Shown piece after piece: positions 60,821 to 63,741 of a stretch of 63,741 bases of DNA. The translations under genes and the position numbers were made by a program. A model generated the notes under the pieces. That model was not told the DNA's origin. It ran no database searches and saw only the letters and a list, made by a program, of their open reading frames with translations. How positions within the stretch are numbered: the stretch's first letter is position 1; each line of letters begins with the position of its first letter. Source of the DNA: a virus (lineage: Duplodnaviria > Caudoviricetes); IMG/VR virus record IMGVR_UViG_3300025131_000033, positions 1 through 63,741 of that record. One strand, given 5' to 3'.

Positions 60821-62352
60821 CGAAAGTCTTCCTCAGTCATAGCTCCTGTAGCAGTTTTCATCCTAAACTTCCAATTTTTTGAAGGCATAGGAGGTGCATC
60901 CTTGTGGGGGATTTTAGAAATATGTTCAAGTGGTGTTGTGTCCAATACATTTTTATACCCGTGTACAGCCAAAGCCAAGCTCATAATTAAATCATCATGA
61001 TGCCCTTTTTCAGCTTCAGCCCTTCCTTGATTTTTTATAATAAAAGTCATTAATTCGTCACATGTTCTTGTTGAGTTAATTTTGATTAAATCAGTTCTAA
61101 TAGCTTCCTCCAGATCAGCTAAAATAGTATCTCTGTTTTTTGCAGTTACCAAAAAACCTATCTCATCTCTCTCATCATACCATAAATTTTCATATTCATA
61201 AATATTATAGAGCCAATCAATTAGGTTATTTCCAATCGTATTTCGCTCACAAATAACATGAGCTATATTATATAGCATTCCCTCCTCTGCAATAATCTTG
61301 GCAAACTCATTTATTGGGGTTCGATTGGAATAAAACTCAGCTACTTGTTGCCCATTATACATATTAATAACATGAAAAGCTGAATAATCTCTATCGCGTC
61401 CCAAAGCAGTATCACACGCAATTATATAATTATAAAATGATTGAGGTTCTTGCCATACGCGCATTCTGTTATTATATTTAATATGATACTTTTCACTGGT
61501 TTGAGAAGCTATCTCTTTCAATACGTCCCCAGCAATATAAGTATCACCTGTTCCAAGGAAAGAGCATTCATATTCCTGGAGCCATTGTTTCATAGGCATA
61601 TTAGCTTTAGTAGTCTTTTCCCACTTATCTACATCTAGATCGTTAGCTTTCATTTCCTCATATAGCCAGGAAAAGCCTTCCTCTTGTCTTTGATATTCTG
61701 GGTGCTCTTGCCACCGAATATCAATAGGATGAAATGAGTTTGTACCTTCTACGGCTTTTCGATAAACATCATGATACCAATTGCCAATACCATTTACGGT
61801 AGAAAGAACAAAGGCTCTACCCCCCGTGGAGATAATGGGATAAACAGCAGCCCAAATGGTATCAATGTTTTCAATAAAAGCAGCCTCATCAATGATTAGA
61901 AGAGAGCCTGCTAATGATCTACCTGACTGCCTACCAGAAGGTCTGGATTTAATAGTTGAATTAGTTCCTAGCTTTAAGGTATGTTTATTATCCTCTACAA
62001 TTCCTGGTTTAAGAAATTTAGGGAGTTCGTCATACATGAGTTTAATTCTATCTAGAACCTCTGTTGCTTCCACATCTCCTTTGGAAAGGATAACTACTTG
62101 CTTATGTTTTTGAAAAATTATTACCCATAACGCATAACTGGCTGCGATTGTGGTACACCCTGCTTGTCGAAACTTTCTGAGGATATTAAATCTATTTTCC
62201 TCTAAATTTTCAACTATACGATGTTGAAATGGATAAAGCTTAAAAGGGACTAACCCCCTAACAGGGTGTGTAACTTTAATATATTCTGAAATAAAATAGA
62301 TAGGATCTTCCCTACATTTTTTAAACTCTTCTAATAAATCTTCTTTTTTCAT
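60805..62352 (-). CDS. g17: terminase large subunit (gp17-like)
   Basis: FKLYPFQ, KFRQAGCTT, LIIDEAAF, LSTVNG, QEYECSF, DTALGRDRDYS, HDDLIMSLA. Confidence 0.95.
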   Translation of the reverse strand: MKKEDLLEEFKKCREDPIYFISEYIKVTHPVRGLVPFKLYPFQHRIVENLEENRFNILRKFRQAGCTTIAASYALWVIIFQKHKQVVILSKGDVEATEVLDRIKLMYDELPKFLKPGIVEDNKHTLKLGTNSTIKSRPSGRQSGRSLAGSLLIIDEAAFIENIDTIWAAVYPIISTGGRAFVLSTVNGIGNWYHDVYRKAVEGTNSFHPIDIRWQEHPEYQRQEEGFSWLYEEMKANDLDVDKWEKTTKANMPMKQWLQEYECSFLGTGDTYIAGDVLKEIASQTSEKYHIKYNNRMRVWQEPQSFYNYIIACDTALGRDRDYSAFHVINMYNGQQVAEFYSNRTPINEFAKIIAEEGMLYNIAHVICERNTIGNNLIDWLYNIYEYENLWYDERDEIGFLVTAKNRDTILADLEEAIRTDLIKINSTRTCDELMTFIIKNQGRAEAEKGHHDDLIMSLALAVHGYKNVLDTTPLEHISKIPHKDAPPMPSKNWKFRMKTATGAMTEEDFRWLMK

Positions 62353-62371
62353 ACAATTAATCTAAGTCTCC

Positions 62372-62382
62372 CTTTATTATAG
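62372..62382. promoter_or_regulatory. putative bidirectional promoter CTTTATTATAG
   Basis: Between divergent terminase and glycosyltransferase; plus-strand ATG 4 nt after TATTATA. Confidence 0.5.
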
Positions 62383-62385
62383 TAT

Positions 62386-63078
62386 ATGGAAATCTACGCC
62401 TTAATATGTACCCGCTCTAGAACAGATATTAGCGAAACTACGGATAAACTAGTCTCCTTTTTATCTAGGTGTGGTATAAAAATTACTTTAATAGCAGGAG
62501 CGCAGTCTCTATTTCGTGCTTATAAGGGTGCATTTGAAAAAAATAATGCAAATCCAGAAGATATTATCATAATGTGTCATGATGATATAGAAATTAGAGA
62601 AAATCCCACTACTTTTATAGAAAAAGTTAAAAATACGCTAGATCGAGATATGGTAGCCTTCGCTGGTCCCGCAGGAACCACTTTTTTAGACAAAGATGCT
62701 ATTTGGTGGGAACAAGGTAGGTGGCAAAAGGGGTTACATAAAGGAAAAGTCACCCACATTGACCCTAAAGGCAAAGAATACTTAACATCCTACGGTCCTC
62801 CTGACGATGTAGTAGTATTAGATGGTCTATTTTTAGCTGCAAAAGCCAAAATGATCAGAGAAATTGGGTTAGATAAACCTGATTACTTTACAGGGGAGTG
62901 GGATTTCTATGATCTTCATTATACCTCCACTGCTTTTTTAAAAGGATACGTAAATACAGTTATTGATATGGATATTGTCCATCACTCCAGAGGTGAATTA
63001 GTAGGTAGAGACTCCTGGCACCTAAATAGAGCCGCTTTTATCGAGAATACTGAACTTCCTCTAAAAATATTTAAGTAG
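62386..63078 (+). CDS. GT-A fold glycosyltransferase (family 2-like)
   Basis: IMCHDDI (DxD-like), VVVLDGLFLA, WDFYDL, IVHHSRG. Confidence 0.8.
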   Translation: MEIYALICTRSRTDISETTDKLVSFLSRCGIKITLIAGAQSLFRAYKGAFEKNNANPEDIIIMCHDDIEIRENPTTFIEKVKNTLDRDMVAFAGPAGTTFLDKDAIWWEQGRWQKGLHKGKVTHIDPKGKEYLTSYGPPDDVVVLDGLFLAAKAKMIREIGLDKPDYFTGEWDFYDLHYTSTAFLKGYVNTVIDMDIVHHSRGELVGRDSWHLNRAAFIENTELPLKIFK

Positions 63079-63079
63079 A

Positions 63080-63277
63080 CTACTTCTTTTTAGTAGTACG
63101 CTTCTTTTTAGGAGCTTTTGGTGGTGTTGGGGGAGGAGGCACCACTGCTGCAACTGTTGGGGTTGTTGTTATAATACCCCTAGCTTCTTGCTTCATCAAC
63201 TGGCGTCTTAAAGTTCTAGCATGCCCACTATTAGGGGGCAATTTTGATAATCGTCTTTCTAATCTCTCTTGTCTCAT
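63080..63277 (-). CDS. small basic Pro/Lys-rich protein
   Basis: 65-aa ORF. Confidence 0.5.
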   Translation of the reverse strand: MRQERLERRLSKLPPNSGHARTLRRQLMKQEARGIITTTPTVAAVVPPPPTPPKAPKKKRTTKKK

Positions 63278-63408
63278 ATCTTCAATCCTTTACCGTGTTT
63301 AATTTTTGATTCCTTAATGAAAAAAGCCTTAAGCTTTTTTTTGAGTTTCTCATTCTTCTCAAAGTATTTAGGACCTTTATTGTAAAAAGCCCTCTTCTTT
63401 CTCCTCAA
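63274..63408 (-). CDS. 44-aa basic ORF (TTG start), absent from ORF track
   Basis: Fills the gap; its TGA overlaps the next ATG (ATGA). Confidence 0.35.
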   Translation of the reverse strand: MRRKKRAFYNKGPKYFEKNEKLKKKLKAFFIKESKIKHGKGLKI

Positions 63409-63415
63409 ACTTTAA

Positions 63416-63682
63416 TCACTTATCTACCCCATAGTAATAAGGAGGATTAGCAATCCTAGGAGGCCAAAGCGAAGCAGGGAGAGCCACTGATTCTTCAATC
63501 ACCGCACTCTGCGTCTCCGTAACTCCTTCTGCCGCCAGAAGCCAATCAATTCCCTTCCATATACCATAGCCACATGCTCCAAACATACTCAACAAAACTA
63601 TTAGTTCAGCCAAGCTCATCTTAAACATGGAGAATGGATTCCTAAATCTGTCCTTAAAAAAGAACGCCCAAATTGGATTCAT
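63416..63682 (-). CDS. small membrane protein
   Basis: Hydrophobic LAELIVLLSMFGACGYGIW; ATGA overlap with upstream ORF. Confidence 0.55.
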   Translation of the reverse strand: MNPIWAFFFKDRFRNPFSMFKMSLAELIVLLSMFGACGYGIWKGIDWLLAAEGVTETQSAVIEESVALPASLWPPRIANPPYYYGVDK

Positions 63683-63741
63683 TTTTTCGTATTCCCGTTA
63701 ATAGCTTCAAGAAGTTTATCTTCTTCTTTTTTTCCGTCCTC
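63679..63741 (-). CDS. 3' end of an upstream gene (...EDKLLEAINGNTKK)
   Basis: Open frame from window edge to TGA overlapping the next ATG. Confidence 0.45.
   Translation of the reverse strand, partial: EDGKKEEDKLLEAINGNTKK

Noticed and set aside
52698-62352. Inteins or introns in helicase, portal or terminase
   Set aside because: Lengths are typical and no splicing or homing-endonuclease motifs were seen
1-63741. Stop-codon reassignment
   Set aside because: Genes are long and tightly packed under the standard code, with TAA, TAG and TGA all used as stops

Overview
A 63.7-kb AT-rich segment of a large T4-like (contractile-tailed) phage genome. The minus strand carries most of the virion module: terminase gp17, portal gp20, gp26/gp51-like chaperone, tape measure, hub, spike, gp25, gp6, wedge, fibres/tailspike, protease gp21, scaffold gp22, capsid gp23, neck gp13/gp14, gp15, PAAR, sheath gp18 and tube gp19. 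Interspersed, mostly on the plus strand, are a gp55-like late sigma factor, a resolvase, primase, UvsW helicase, tRNA-Gly and a glycosyltransferase; a Cas4/RecB-like nuclease is on the minus strand. Main points of interest: (1) a complete formylglycine-type sulfatase fused behind a LamG-like domain in a baseplate-cluster protein, suggesting a virion-borne desulfating enzyme; (2) an unannotated -1 frameshift with a downstream hairpin joining the gp26-like ORF to a gp51-like frame; (3) near-palindromic CTATWATAG elements at divergent junctions, often just upstream of apparently leaderless starts; (4) short in-frame high-GC patches in virion genes; (5) peptide motifs shared among head proteins. 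Two frameshifting tandem duplications (98 bp in the capsid gene, 116 bp in the sulfatase) are probably assembly artefacts. All calls are from motif recognition by eye; no database searches were run.
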